A stretch of 64,000 nucleotides of DNA from a virus (Duplodnaviria; Caudoviricetes): positions 96,001-160,000 of IMG/VR virus record IMGVR_UViG_3300011217_000001, one strand, 5' to 3'. This document shows positions 45,587 to 54,921 of the stretch, piece after piece (position 1 is the first letter of the stretch; each line of letters starts with the position of its first letter). A program made the position numbers and the translations under genes. The notes under the pieces were generated by a model. The model saw only the letters and a program-made list of their open reading frames with translations. It ran no database searches and was not told the DNA's origin.

Positions 45587-47296
45587 TCAGCGATACTGCC
45601 TGAGCATCTTGCGGGCCATCGCGTTGTACGAGTACAGGATGAACTTGAACATCCGCATGTTGTCAGTCGTGACGCGGTAACGCATCTCGCTGCTCAGCTT
45701 CAGCGCACGCTTCACGTAGAAGCGCTGGTCGCGGTCGCCCTGGAAGCCCGGGGTGGACAGCATGTGCACTGCGGTGTTGAAGATGGCAACACCGGCCGGA
45801 CCCAGCACGTAGGTCTTCAGGTATTCCAGAGCCGAGCGCTTGCGGCTGAAGCCCTGGGCGACCTTCAGGAACGCACGGGTGATCGCACCGATCTTCTCCG
45901 GCGGCAGCACCGGAACGAGGATGCGGCCCACGCGGGTGCCGTCGGAGTCTTCAAACATCCGGGTGGGGATGTTGAAGCTGGCGTACTTGTCCAGGAACTG
46001 GGTCGTACGGTCCGTACCGTCGTAGGTCGTGGACTTGTTCTCGAACATGCGGCGACCACCCGGGATCGGGTACTGCAGCTGCGCCTCGGTCAGGGCCGAG
46101 CGCGGATCACGCCACTTGCCCGGCAGGGCCGCCCAGCGACGCTGGAACTCGACGTCGGTGATCTTGTTCAGACCACTGACCAGGCCGATGTTGGTCTGGT
46201 AGGCGTCCTTGGCCACGTCCACGAAACGACCGGTGACGTACTCGGCCAGCTGGGCGTAACCGATCAGGTGACCGGCCAGGTCCGTCGGCAGTTCGCCGTT
46301 GCGGTGCAGCGAGGACATGTTGACGACGACTTCGGCCTTGCGCGGCTGGCGCTGGGACGGGGTGTCGGCGACCTTCTTCATCAGGCGACCCAGCATGAAC
46401 GCGCCGGTTTCGATGGCGTTGTAGAACGCCACGTCGCGACGGATCAGGGCTGCCAGCGCACGCTTGGCGATGTTTTCCTGGGAGATCACCAGGTTGCCGC
46501 GCATCTGGTCGATGGCTTCGGTGGACACCAGCAGCTTGCCGTTGTCAGCCTTCTCGTAGGACAGCTTGACGGCCGGGGTGTTGTACACCGCAGCGATGGC
46601 TTCCAGCGCGACTTCGGCTTCTTCCACCGCAGCTTCGTCGGCGAAGCCGCCTTCTTCGTTGACGGTTTCCACGGCGCCCTGGAATTCGTTCAGGGTGTCG
46701 TTGGCTGCTTCGGCTTCGGATTCGCGCTCACCGGTTTCGATGATGGCTTCTTCTTCGTCCATCAGCTCTTCGGTGGAGACCTCGGTCTCGTCCTCGGCGG
46801 CGGCCAGTTCCGCTTCTTCTTCAGCGGCGGCAGCGGCGTCGGCTTCGGTAGCGCCATCGTCGAAGTTCTCTTCTTCCACGTCGCCGTCTTCGTCGACCGG
46901 TTCACCTTCGGCCGCTTCCTCGTCGAACGATTCGGTGGTGAGCTGGTAGTTCAGGCCGGCGATCAGGTTCTGGGCGCGGGCCGATTCCACGGCGACCTGC
47001 GGACCCATCACGTTCAGGCGTTCGACGATCTCGTCGCTGACACCCTGCAGGCCCTCGGCGTCCTCGAAGGACTCCATGGCCGGTGCCTTGTTCAGGGGCA
47101 GGAGTTCACGAGCGCCAGCGCGCAGGGCGATGGCCAGGAACGGGGACTTGCCGCCGTTCTTCTTCAGCTGTGCACCCACCGACTCCATGGCCGGGAGGAT
47201 ACGACGGACGGAGCGGTCGACGTGGATCAGCTGGGCGGAATCGGCGACTGCCTGTTCCAGCTTCTCACGTGCAACACGCTGCTGCAGAGTCTTCAT
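45587..47296 (-). CDS. Internal head protein with acidic propeptide (phiKZ inner-head type)
   Basis: Many S/A-X-E sites (AME x2, AVE, STE x2, ALE, SQE), Glu/Ala-rich N-half, strong codon bias. Confidence 0.75.
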   Translation of the reverse strand: MKTLQQRVAREKLEQAVADSAQLIHVDRSVRRILPAMESVGAQLKKNGGKSPFLAIALRAGARELLPLNKAPAMESFEDAEGLQGVSDEIVERLNVMGPQVAVESARAQNLIAGLNYQLTTESFDEEAAEGEPVDEDGDVEEENFDDGATEADAAAAAEEEAELAAAEDETEVSTEELMDEEEAIIETGERESEAEAANDTLNEFQGAVETVNEEGGFADEAAVEEAEVALEAIAAVYNTPAVKLSYEKADNGKLLVSTEAIDQMRGNLVISQENIAKRALAALIRRDVAFYNAIETGAFMLGRLMKKVADTPSQRQPRKAEVVVNMSSLHRNGELPTDLAGHLIGYAQLAEYVTGRFVDVAKDAYQTNIGLVSGLNKITDVEFQRRWAALPGKWRDPRSALTEAQLQYPIPGGRRMFENKSTTYDGTDRTTQFLDKYASFNIPTRMFEDSDGTRVGRILVPVLPPEKIGAITRAFLKVAQGFSRKRSALEYLKTYVLGPAGVAIFNTAVHMLSTPGFQGDRDQRFYVKRALKLSSEMRYRVTTDNMRMFKFILYSYNAMARKMLRQYR

Positions 47297-47362
47297 TGAA
47301 AGGGGTTCCTTGAGGGCTAAAATCCGCCGCAGCAAACTGCGGCGTCATATATTAGCTGGCGC

Positions 47363-47860
47363 TCACGCACCCACGGCAAGGTCAGCGATCAGGTTCTTCA
47401 GCTTGTCAGGCAGAGGAAGCCTTGCTACCAGTCGATTGGCGAGGAGGATGTTGTCGCGGCCATAGATGCTGGGCATATACAGATCGACGTTCAGGCCGTC
47501 TTCGACGGTGTCAATCTCCACGTTCCACGCATCCCTGCTACTGCCGTAGTGGTTGCTGTAAGCACGCAGCACGGTGCCAGCGCCGGGACGTACCCAGCGA
47601 TCACCATCGTAGAACTCCTGCGACTCGCCGCAGATGAAGGACGTGCCATCCATCAGGGTGACCTTGATGGCAGGCGCCTTGCGCTCCACCAGGTCGATAG
47701 CACGCAGACCGGCGATCATCGGCATAGCGTCATCGCCGCGATCACGCTTCATGGCCATGAAGGTCGGCAGTGCGATACCAGCGTCCTTCCAGCTCTTGAC
47801 CTGCCACATGGACAGATCGGTTCGGCCGGCCAGTTCAGTGTTCAGGTCAAAGCCATACAT
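47363..47860 (-). CDS. Stand-alone degenerate Hint (intein-like) domain protein
   Basis: GFDLNTEL (block A), KVTLMDGTSFICGESQEF (block B), LY...NILLANRLV (F/G). Confidence 0.55.
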   Translation of the reverse strand: MYGFDLNTELAGRTDLSMWQVKSWKDAGIALPTFMAMKRDRGDDAMPMIAGLRAIDLVERKAPAIKVTLMDGTSFICGESQEFYDGDRWVRPGAGTVLRAYSNHYGSSRDAWNVEIDTVEDGLNVDLYMPSIYGRDNILLANRLVARLPLPDKLKNLIADLAVGA

Positions 47861-48561
47861 CAGCGGATCCCTTTCCTGACCAGTTCGACGTGGTTGCGGT
47901 TGGAGTAGAAGACGAAGGGACGCCCGATGGCGTCGATGGTCAGCAGGACCAGGTTGTGGCGTTCCGGCGAACCCGGGGCCGAGATCGGCGTTGCCAACAC
48001 TTCCTTGACGATGGCGTGGATGGCGTGCTGGATCTTGGTGCCGCCGATACCACGAGGCAGGACGACCAGGTCACGCACTTCCAGATCACCCGCGGAGTTC
48101 TCCTTGGTGTTCCACACGGTCAATACGTTGGTCAGCTCGTGCAGCATCTCGCGCTGCTCAGCCGTGCTGCGCTCTTCGTGCAGCATCTCGATCACTTCGA
48201 AGTTGAAGATGGCCGAGTTCCACAGGACCGAGCGGAAGAAGGGTTCGATGCCGTCCTTCAAGATCTTGTAGCTGCCACCGTTGAAGTTGTCGTTGACCAG
48301 CAGCAGGTCCACGTCAGCCTTGTCCGCTTCCCTCGGCGGCTTGGTCAGATCGACCACTGCCTTCGAACCGGATTGGGCGCTGTAGTCTTTGCCGAACAGC
48401 TCCTCGGCAAACGGTCGCGCATCACGCGGGACGAGGCTGGCAGCGATCTCTGCGCCAACCGGACGATCGTAGTTGAGGACCAACTCGACGATCTTCAGCA
48501 GCATCTTCGATGCCGCGATATCGCCGTGTTCACGGCTATAGTTATTGAGGGTCGTTTGCAT
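47860..48561 (-). CDS. Hypothetical protein
   Basis: Start MQTTLNN after GGAGGAG. Confidence 0.7.
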   Translation of the reverse strand: MQTTLNNYSREHGDIAASKMLLKIVELVLNYDRPVGAEIAASLVPRDARPFAEELFGKDYSAQSGSKAVVDLTKPPREADKADVDLLLVNDNFNGGSYKILKDGIEPFFRSVLWNSAIFNFEVIEMLHEERSTAEQREMLHELTNVLTVWNTKENSAGDLEVRDLVVLPRGIGGTKIQHAIHAIVKEVLATPISAPGSPERHNLVLLTIDAIGRPFVFYSNRNHVELVRKGIR

Positions 48562-48602
48562 GTTTGCTCCTCCCTTCACTCCCACCCATACAGGCTACGG
48601 CA

Positions 48603-48797
48603 ATGAAAGGCAAAAAGGAGGCACAGCCGGCGGAGAAGACTCGCGCTGAGCTGGCCCACGTGAAAGAAGTGGAAGGTGACAAGTATCCCTTCCATGTGAT
48701 CAACACCGAAAGTGGCGCGATGTTGGCCCGCTTCCCCAAGCAGGAAGATGCGGACCGTTACATCAATGAAGTACCGATTGACCGGCTGGTTGCGTAA
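48603..48797 (+). CDS. Small hypothetical protein, lone plus-strand gene
   Basis: 64 aa followed by plus-oriented hairpin-TATGCC. Confidence 0.5.
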   Translation: MKGKKEAQPAEKTRAELAHVKEVEGDKYPFHVINTESGAMLARFPKQEDADRYINEVPIDRLVA

Positions 48798-48833
48798 GTA
48801 AGGGGAGAGCTGGCGGGCTCTCCCCTTATGCCG

Positions 48834-49637
48834 TTAGCTCAGCTCGGGCGTGGTGCCAGCTTGTTCCTGCGCCTTCTCGGCGATGTATTTCTCGTGCCAG
48901 TCCGAGAGCTCGACGATGAAGACACCTTCTTCACCCAGGAAGTAGCCGGCTTCGCGCAGGAGACGCTTCTGGACAGCCATCTCCTGGGTAGCCATGTACA
49001 GCTTCAGGGTGATCGGCCATTCGGAAACCGGCACGGAGTTGTTGGGCTCGTTGCCGCAGCGCAGCTTCAGTTCCTGCTTGATGATCTGCTCGATCATGTC
49101 ATCGAAGCGCGGTTCCTTGAAGTTGACCGACTTCAACCACTTGCCCTTCAGGTAGACCTTACCGTCGGTGCCGGTGACGGTTTCGGTGACCTTGGTGACG
49201 TAGACCGTTTCACCCTGGTATTCCTTCTTGATGAAGAAGGTTTCCACGCCCAGGCGGGTGTACTTGGTGCGGGTGTCCAGCAGGTCATCCATGTTCTTGT
49301 CGAACTTGGAGAACTGGCTTTCGTTCACCCGACGCAGCACTTCGGCAGCATCGAAGCCGTAGCGGCCGGCCAGGCCGATGATGGTGAACAGGCCATCGCC
49401 CACGCCGTCGATGATCTCGTGCAGGTCGTTGGCAGCGATGCCGTCGCGCAGCTCGTCCACTTCCAGATCGATGATATCCATCTGGTGCTGCGCGGAGCGG
49501 TGGCCCTGCTTGCGCACATTGCCGGCCAGCTCGTTGATGGCGTAGACCTGCTCGAACATCTTGGAGGCGATGGAGAGGTGCATCGCATCGGAGGCGATCT
49601 TGGGGGACATGGGCTTGGTGTTGTTGTCGGCGTTCAT
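48834..49637 (-). CDS. MazG-like all-alpha NTP pyrophosphatase (DR2231/dUTPase-type)
   Basis: EVDEL...EIIDGVGD, VNESQFSK, DGKVYLKGKWLKS. Confidence 0.75.
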   Translation of the reverse strand: MNADNNTKPMSPKIASDAMHLSIASKMFEQVYAINELAGNVRKQGHRSAQHQMDIIDLEVDELRDGIAANDLHEIIDGVGDGLFTIIGLAGRYGFDAAEVLRRVNESQFSKFDKNMDDLLDTRTKYTRLGVETFFIKKEYQGETVYVTKVTETVTGTDGKVYLKGKWLKSVNFKEPRFDDMIEQIIKQELKLRCGNEPNNSVPVSEWPITLKLYMATQEMAVQKRLLREAGYFLGEEGVFIVELSDWHEKYIAEKAQEQAGTTPELS

Positions 49638-49645
49638 GGGCTTGC

Positions 49646-50932
49646 TCAGTTGGCCTTGGTGATGTGACGCAGGAGGGAACGCTCGAACAGCTTGCTCAGA
49701 GCGCTGTCTTCGGCGACGGGAGTGCACTGGCCCCAGACCAGTACGGAGGTTTCCTTGCCGAGTGCGGACATGGCAACCACCTCGGTGAACGGCAAGTCCA
49801 TGAACGGATGGTCGTCATCCAAGGAAACTTCGCCGTGACGCAGGGCTTCGTCGATCAAATCAGCAGCGCGTTCCGGGGTCAGAACGAATGCGCTGTTGTC
49901 GCCGTATGCGCCGGCGTCGGTGATGGTCCAGCGGTTGGTTTCCGGATCACGCTTGATCGTGCGAGCGATCTGGCAGCTGCAGTAGGCCGACTTACGCTCC
50001 CACTTCAGGTCGTAGCCTTCGATCTGGATATGGAAGCCCTTGACGGTGGCCAGTGCGTGGACCAGATATTCCACCGCATCCGTGCGAGTGTTGATCGGAG
50101 TACCACCACGAGCCAGCTTCGGGCCGAGACTGGTCTTGCCGGTAGCACCTTCGAACAGGTACTTCTCGATCTGCCCCTGCTCACCCATGGTGCAGTTCTG
50201 GCGCATCGTGGAGTAGAGGATGTTGAAGATCTGCTGGTTCCAGGTCAGGCGATCGAAGAACTCGGGGTTCTCTGCAGCCTTCAGGACCATCGCGCAGCGC
50301 TTCTCTTCCACCAGGCGATAGAAGCCGTACTTACCGGTCTGGCGCATGCGTTCCTGCTGCTCGCCGGTCAGGTTGTTCACATCGACCACTTCACCGTCAA
50401 TGGTGAAGGTGCTGGGGCCGTGTTCCATGTCGATCTTCGGGAAGACGTACTTGGTCGCACTGGTGAGGATCTCGAAGCCGCTTTCCAGGACACCGCGCGG
50501 ATCAGGCGGAGTGACGGCGCTGACCTTGAAGCCTCGTTCGATCGGACCAACATCCGCCTTGACGTTGACGTCGAAGCTGGAAGGGTCAGGGAAAATGCCC
50601 AGGCTGTTGAAGCGGCTGCTACCGCGCATGCCTTCGCTGTCACGGTAGACGTCGACGGCCAGAGTCTGGAACGGCTTGCCGGCTTCGCCGTACAGCGAAT
50701 GCGCCTTCACCTTGACGGTGTGGTTCTTCAGGTAGTCGGAGATGATCGCCAGTGCATCATGGCGGACGTAGAAGTTGCCGTGGACGAGGATCGGATCGGT
50801 GTCGATCTTCTCGCCGGGCTCGTGGCTGATCAGCTTCAGTACTTCTTCCAGCACGCTCGGTGGTTCACCGTCCAGCAAGAACAACAGATGCTGGATCAGG
50901 TTGGTTTTCTGTTCGTGGGACAATTCGGACAT
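49646..50932 (-). CDS. Hypothetical protein
   Basis: 428 aa from MSELSHEQ. Confidence 0.7.
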   Translation of the reverse strand: MSELSHEQKTNLIQHLLFLLDGEPPSVLEEVLKLISHEPGEKIDTDPILVHGNFYVRHDALAIISDYLKNHTVKVKAHSLYGEAGKPFQTLAVDVYRDSEGMRGSSRFNSLGIFPDPSSFDVNVKADVGPIERGFKVSAVTPPDPRGVLESGFEILTSATKYVFPKIDMEHGPSTFTIDGEVVDVNNLTGEQQERMRQTGKYGFYRLVEEKRCAMVLKAAENPEFFDRLTWNQQIFNILYSTMRQNCTMGEQGQIEKYLFEGATGKTSLGPKLARGGTPINTRTDAVEYLVHALATVKGFHIQIEGYDLKWERKSAYCSCQIARTIKRDPETNRWTITDAGAYGDNSAFVLTPERAADLIDEALRHGEVSLDDDHPFMDLPFTEVVAMSALGKETSVLVWGQCTPVAEDSALSKLFERSLLRHITKAN

Positions 50933-51034
50933 TGGACTTGCTCTTCCAAGTGAATAAGGTTTGTACATACCACTGACCCCGGATTTTAAATTTGACAGCA
51001 TAGAGCAGGAGGCCGAAGCCCCCTGCCTAGCTGA

Positions 51035-51436
51035 TTACTTGACGATGAACAGCGCCGGTCGTTTGCCACGCTCGGGCTTCTGTCGAGGACGATCCAGATA
51101 CATCGGATCATCGTAGAGGTCTTCTTCGTCGATCAGGTCGTTGTCAAACCGGATCATACCGTCATCGCCGCGATAGCCCACACGGTAGGCTACGCTGTTG
51201 TGGAAGTTGACCACGCCTACGATAACCACAGCAACAGCTGCATCGGGCAGATCTTCAGGCTTGGGGTTCACGTTGCCCATGAAGATACCCATCCATGCGT
51301 CGTCACCGATGCTGTACTTGGCTTCGCGGGTGTTGGCGAAGATCTCGGCAGGACTGAAGGTGAAAATCTCCTGCTTGCTGATCAGCACCTGAGCTTCGGC
51401 CTCTACGGCCTCAAACTCGTTTTCAAAGTCACTCAT
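51035..51436 (-). CDS. Hypothetical acidic protein with SspB-like ClpX-binding tail
   Basis: C-terminus RGKRPALFIVK. Confidence 0.65.
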   Translation of the reverse strand: MSDFENEFEAVEAEAQVLISKQEIFTFSPAEIFANTREAKYSIGDDAWMGIFMGNVNPKPEDLPDAAVAVVIVGVVNFHNSVAYRVGYRGDDGMIRFDNDLIDEEDLYDDPMYLDRPRQKPERGKRPALFIVK

Positions 51437-51804
51437 TACTTGCTCTTCTTGTCTTCGGTAAGAACCGGAGGCGCGATGCCATACTTGGCAAATGCTGCCT
51501 CGATGATTGCCCGGTTGGCCTTGTACCAGTATTGCCAGGCTTCGATGATGTCCCCGCGCGCCACAGCCTCGGCGTTGTTGGGGAGCATCACTGCCGCGAT
51601 GTCGCTGAGCTTGGGCTCACGCCCCTTGCTGCCAACCGGAATCGGTTGCAGTTCGGGACGTACCTTCATCATCTCATCAGTTACCTGCGGCAGGTTTTGC
51701 TGCGGGCTTGGGCTTTTCGAGCGATTGGTTGTACAGCCGAGCAAGCCCAGCAGTACCAGCGCTAGCAACGTCATCAGACGGACCGATGCTTTTGCGGATT
51801 TCAT
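51436..51804 (-). CDS. Outer-membrane spanin (Rz1-like lipoprotein)
   Basis: Lipobox LLGLLGC, Pro-rich linker, overlaps i-spanin 3' end. Confidence 0.7.
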   Translation of the reverse strand: MKSAKASVRLMTLLALVLLGLLGCTTNRSKSPSPQQNLPQVTDEMMKVRPELQPIPVGSKGREPKLSDIAAVMLPNNAEAVARGDIIEAWQYWYKANRAIIEAAFAKYGIAPPVLTEDKKSK

Positions 51805-52216
51805 TGATCAACTCCTCCTTTTCCTTGACCTTCTGTTCAGAGGCCAGCAACTTCAGGCGCAGTTCGGCCATCAGTTCCTTTTGCCCCACGTCCACTTCCC
51901 CGGCGACCTTTTCGCCGGAGCTGATCCAGTCCCCGTAGTCCTGCTTGAACTTGCGCAGCTCTTCGGATGTTTCCTTCAGCTGTCGGTTGGCTTCGGTCAG
52001 TGCAACCGTATCCAACTTGAGCTGGGCAGCGGCACCGCGATCGTAGATGTGATCGTAGATGCGCATGACGCCCATGACCAGCCCGTAGGCGATTGCAGCG
52101 AGGATTACCAGGGCGAGGATCTTCTTCCAACCGCCCTTGATGAACCAGGTCACCGCCTTGCCGAGTTTGACGCCGATTCCAATTGCAGTCACCATATCAA
52201 GTCCTCCCATTGTCAT
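51677..52216 (-). CDS. Inner-membrane spanin (Rz-like)
   Basis: N-terminal TM segment, coiled coil, ARLYNQS end motif. Confidence 0.7.
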   Translation of the reverse strand: MTMGGLDMVTAIGIGVKLGKAVTWFIKGGWKKILALVILAAIAYGLVMGVMRIYDHIYDRGAAAQLKLDTVALTEANRQLKETSEELRKFKQDYGDWISSGEKVAGEVDVGQKELMAELRLKLLASEQKVKEKEELINEIRKSIGPSDDVASAGTAGLARLYNQSLEKPKPAAKPAAGN

Positions 52217-52286
52217 AGCATGATGACAAAAAAGAAAAAGATGCGGGAATTACCCTAGCCCCGAAGGGCTAGGGCTTTATGTCCGC

Positions 52287-53228
52287 TTACTTGGGAAGCA
52301 CCGAGAGGTAACCGGTATCGCGCTGGCGACCGAAGCGACGCAGGTCTTCACGAGCCACTGAGGCCGCTTCAAAGCTGTACTGCTTGATCAGGTCGTAGAG
52401 CGCCTGCGGGGGATCTTCGCCACGGTTGAACTGGATCACGCGATTGATCTTGTTGTACAGCTCGATCAGTTCGCTGTTCATGCGTGCGTACTTGCCGCGA
52501 TGCAGCAGGTGGCTGAACTCCAGGTCCGGGTGAATGCCGGTGAGTTCTTCCAAGATCGGCTGGATCTCGAAAGCACGGGCGGAGAACACGCCGCGTTCCA
52601 GGAAACTCTGCATTGTCGGGAAGGCATTGGCGAGTCGACGGGTCAGCGTGGCGCCGGCGCGATTCAGGTGAACCGGCGTAGCCGAGCGGTTGGTCGAGTT
52701 GGCCACACGGTTAGCGCGGTAGATCTCGGCGAAGGCGTACTTGTTGTTACCGGTCATGACCAGGTTGTGACGCATCAGCAACGGCAGGGACTGGCGCAGC
52801 TTGGCGATGTTGAAGCTCAGGTAGTCATGTTGGCCGAAGGTACGCGATTCCCACAGCTTCCAGTCCGGTGCACCGAAGATCAGCAGTTCATCCGGAGTCA
52901 ACACACCGATGGCCGGGAACTTGTCCACGCTGGCGCCGCTGTAGGTGTAGTAGGTTTCAAACAGCAGCATGCCGTTGGTCACCACGTAGCGCAGCTCGTC
53001 CTGCACTTCCAGTGGGTTGCGATGCATGTTGGTATCGGCGCGAGCCTGTACACGCACGCCGTAGGGTAGGAACTGCGGATGGGCGAACTCGACTTCACCG
53101 TAGCTGTAGTAGCCCTCGATATGCGATTCGAAGTCGCAGTTGGGGTCGTCCCATAAACCACTCGGGATGCCATTGACGTCATGCCAGGCGGCGAATTCGA
53201 TTTTCTGGGTCAACTGTACAGCAGTCAT
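52287..53228 (-). CDS. Hypothetical protein
   Basis: 313 aa, SD GGAG. Confidence 0.7.
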   Translation of the reverse strand: MTAVQLTQKIEFAAWHDVNGIPSGLWDDPNCDFESHIEGYYSYGEVEFAHPQFLPYGVRVQARADTNMHRNPLEVQDELRYVVTNGMLLFETYYTYSGASVDKFPAIGVLTPDELLIFGAPDWKLWESRTFGQHDYLSFNIAKLRQSLPLLMRHNLVMTGNNKYAFAEIYRANRVANSTNRSATPVHLNRAGATLTRRLANAFPTMQSFLERGVFSARAFEIQPILEELTGIHPDLEFSHLLHRGKYARMNSELIELYNKINRVIQFNRGEDPPQALYDLIKQYSFEAASVAREDLRRFGRQRDTGYLSVLPK

Positions 53229-53299
53229 GGTGTTTCTCCATTGGGGTATTGCTCGAAGGAAAGGGCGGGGTTAGCCCCCGCCCCGAGAGGGTGGGTCAG

Positions 53300-53833
53300 T
53301 TACTTGGGCATTTCAGCGACAACGCCGTGGACGACGTCATGGAGGTGGCCGAGCAGGTAAAGCGGGCCAAAGCGCGTGTTGAGTTCCTCGCGCTCCTTCG
53401 GGGAGATGTACTGATCCAGGGCAATCGGGGTGCCCCTGGGACCACTGTCAGCCGCGAAGCCGTGACCGACGATCTTGATTTCTTTCTTGAAAGCTGTGAT
53501 CAGGTCGAACACCTCGCGGGCCAACTTCATGGCCTGCAGCTTGCGCTTGTACTCGACCATCAGCAGATTGTTGGTCAAGATGGTTTCGCTGGCTTCCAGT
53601 TCGATCTTCAGACGGCCATCGAAACCGTGCACGCGCAGCTTGCTACTGATGGTAGCGGTAGGGAACTCCGGCTTGTTGTCGGCGGAGAAGTGCGTGGTGA
53701 GACTTGCCTCACGCGGCCCATCTTCCACCATCATCGAGCGCAGCTTATCTGCGATTTCCTTGGTGCGGACCGGATCGGTGTAGGCGTTGACTTCGATCGA
53801 AATGTTCTGGGACAGCTGCGACTTGTTGTTCAT
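53300..53833 (-). CDS. Hypothetical protein
   Basis: 177 aa, SD GGAG. Confidence 0.7.
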   Translation of the reverse strand: MNNKSQLSQNISIEVNAYTDPVRTKEIADKLRSMMVEDGPREASLTTHFSADNKPEFPTATISSKLRVHGFDGRLKIELEASETILTNNLLMVEYKRKLQAMKLAREVFDLITAFKKEIKIVGHGFAADSGPRGTPIALDQYISPKEREELNTRFGPLYLLGHLHDVVHGVVAEMPK

Positions 53834-53883
53834 TGTATCTCCACGGGACGTTGGTTTTTAGTGTTGCAAGAAGGGTTGGGGTG

Positions 53884-54420
53884 TTACGCTTGTACGGACT
53901 GGTTGTCCACTGTCTTGGTAAGGCTGGTCAGAAGGGATCCCAGCTTGTCGAGTGCGACGTAAGTCTTTTCTGCGATCTGGGCTGCTTCGTCGAGGGAGTC
54001 GGCCTTGATATAGCCTACGGCACCCTCGACCTTATACTTGCGACCGTGTGGCACACGACGGCGCCAGCGCTTGTTGACCATAGTGAGGTAGCCTTCGAGT
54101 ACCTTCACGGACGACCCGTCTGGCGTGTAGGCCTTGGTCCAATGGCCGGTCTCTTTGAACTCCTCGGTCGTCTTACCCACGATCAATCGGGTAAGGTCCG
54201 TCTTGATACTTCCCCACGGATAAATGAACTTGATCTCGCCCTTGTACTTCCAGGTGATCATCGTGGTGTTCAGGGTGAACGCCGTGGCTCCGGTGGTCAC
54301 TGGACCCATCATCGCAGCCATTGAGGTGGCGTAGAAGAAGAGCGGGGTCATGATAAGCCAGCCGTGCTTGCTCTTACAGACGCAGAGCAAGGGTGCCAGC
54401 GTGAGTACGAACTTCCTCAT
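53884..54420 (-). CDS. Hypothetical protein
   Basis: 178 aa, ATGA-coupled to 54417-54581. Confidence 0.55.
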   Translation of the reverse strand: MRKFVLTLAPLLCVCKSKHGWLIMTPLFFYATSMAAMMGPVTTGATAFTLNTTMITWKYKGEIKFIYPWGSIKTDLTRLIVGKTTEEFKETGHWTKAYTPDGSSVKVLEGYLTMVNKRWRRRVPHGRKYKVEGAVGYIKADSLDEAAQIAEKTYVALDKLGSLLTSLTKTVDNQSVQA

Positions 54421-54581
54421 GCTTCATCCTCTTCGAATTCGAACTCGGGACCAGAGAGCATGGTTACTGGTTCGTCAACTTCCTCTTCGACGAACTCAAT
54501 GTAAGCCTGGCCAAACTTCTCGCGGAAGTGCAGATCAAGGAAAGAGCCGGGCTTACACTTGGTGAACTTCGGGCTGTACAT
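54417..54581 (-). CDS. 54-aa acidic protein (not in ORF track)
   Basis: MYSPKFTKC...EFEEDEA, SD GGAG. Confidence 0.55.
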   Translation of the reverse strand: MYSPKFTKCKPGSFLDLHFREKFGQAYIEFVEEEVDEPVTMLSGPEFEFEEDEA

Positions 54582-54614
54582 TGAAACTCCATTGTGGTCT
54601 TACTGATAGAAAAG

Positions 54615-54645
54615 GGCATAAAGCCCACTCCCGAAGGAGTGAGCC
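54615..54645 (-). terminator. Hairpin-TTTATGCC ending the ncRNA candidate
   Basis: GCTCACTCC-TTCG-GGAGTGGGC-TTTATGCC. Confidence 0.75.
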
Positions 54646-54654
54646 TATATGCTT

Positions 54655-54893
54655 AGAATAAACCGCCACCCCAACCTAGCGGAAGAGTCAGGCAACAACG
54701 CCGCATTCGATTCAGCCCGAGCAAGTAGGCCTTCGCGAGGTGGGGCGATGAAGCAGGGTACGTGCTGCGCTTGAACTCCGACTATGGCTCTCCCTATAGA
54801 GCTTTCCCGGACACGAACGGGATAGATGATCAGCACGCATGGCCGTGCTTACATTCGGGATATCGGAGGAGCTGCAGTGCACGCTGACTTGTA
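54655..54893 (-). ncRNA. Candidate ~240-nt structured RNA with possible pseudoknot
   Basis: Between a promoter motif and a terminator; several helices; only a weak 63-aa ORF. Confidence 0.5.
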
Positions 54894-54894
54894 C

Positions 54895-54911
54895 AGATTA
54901 TAGGTCTGAAG
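54895..54911 (-). promoter_or_regulatory. Promoter (early-type variant, also contains TATAAT)
   Basis: CTTCA-GACC-TATAATCT. Confidence 0.55.
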
Positions 54912-54921
54912 GTGTAGCAAA

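Noticed and set aside
47363-48561. Active or split intein with the upstream gene
   Set aside because: Catalytic Cys/Ser, TxxH and terminal Asn are missing and no host extein is recognisable
54645-54836. 63-aa ORF inside the ncRNA candidate
   Set aside because: No SD and atypical codons; not called as CDS, though not excluded
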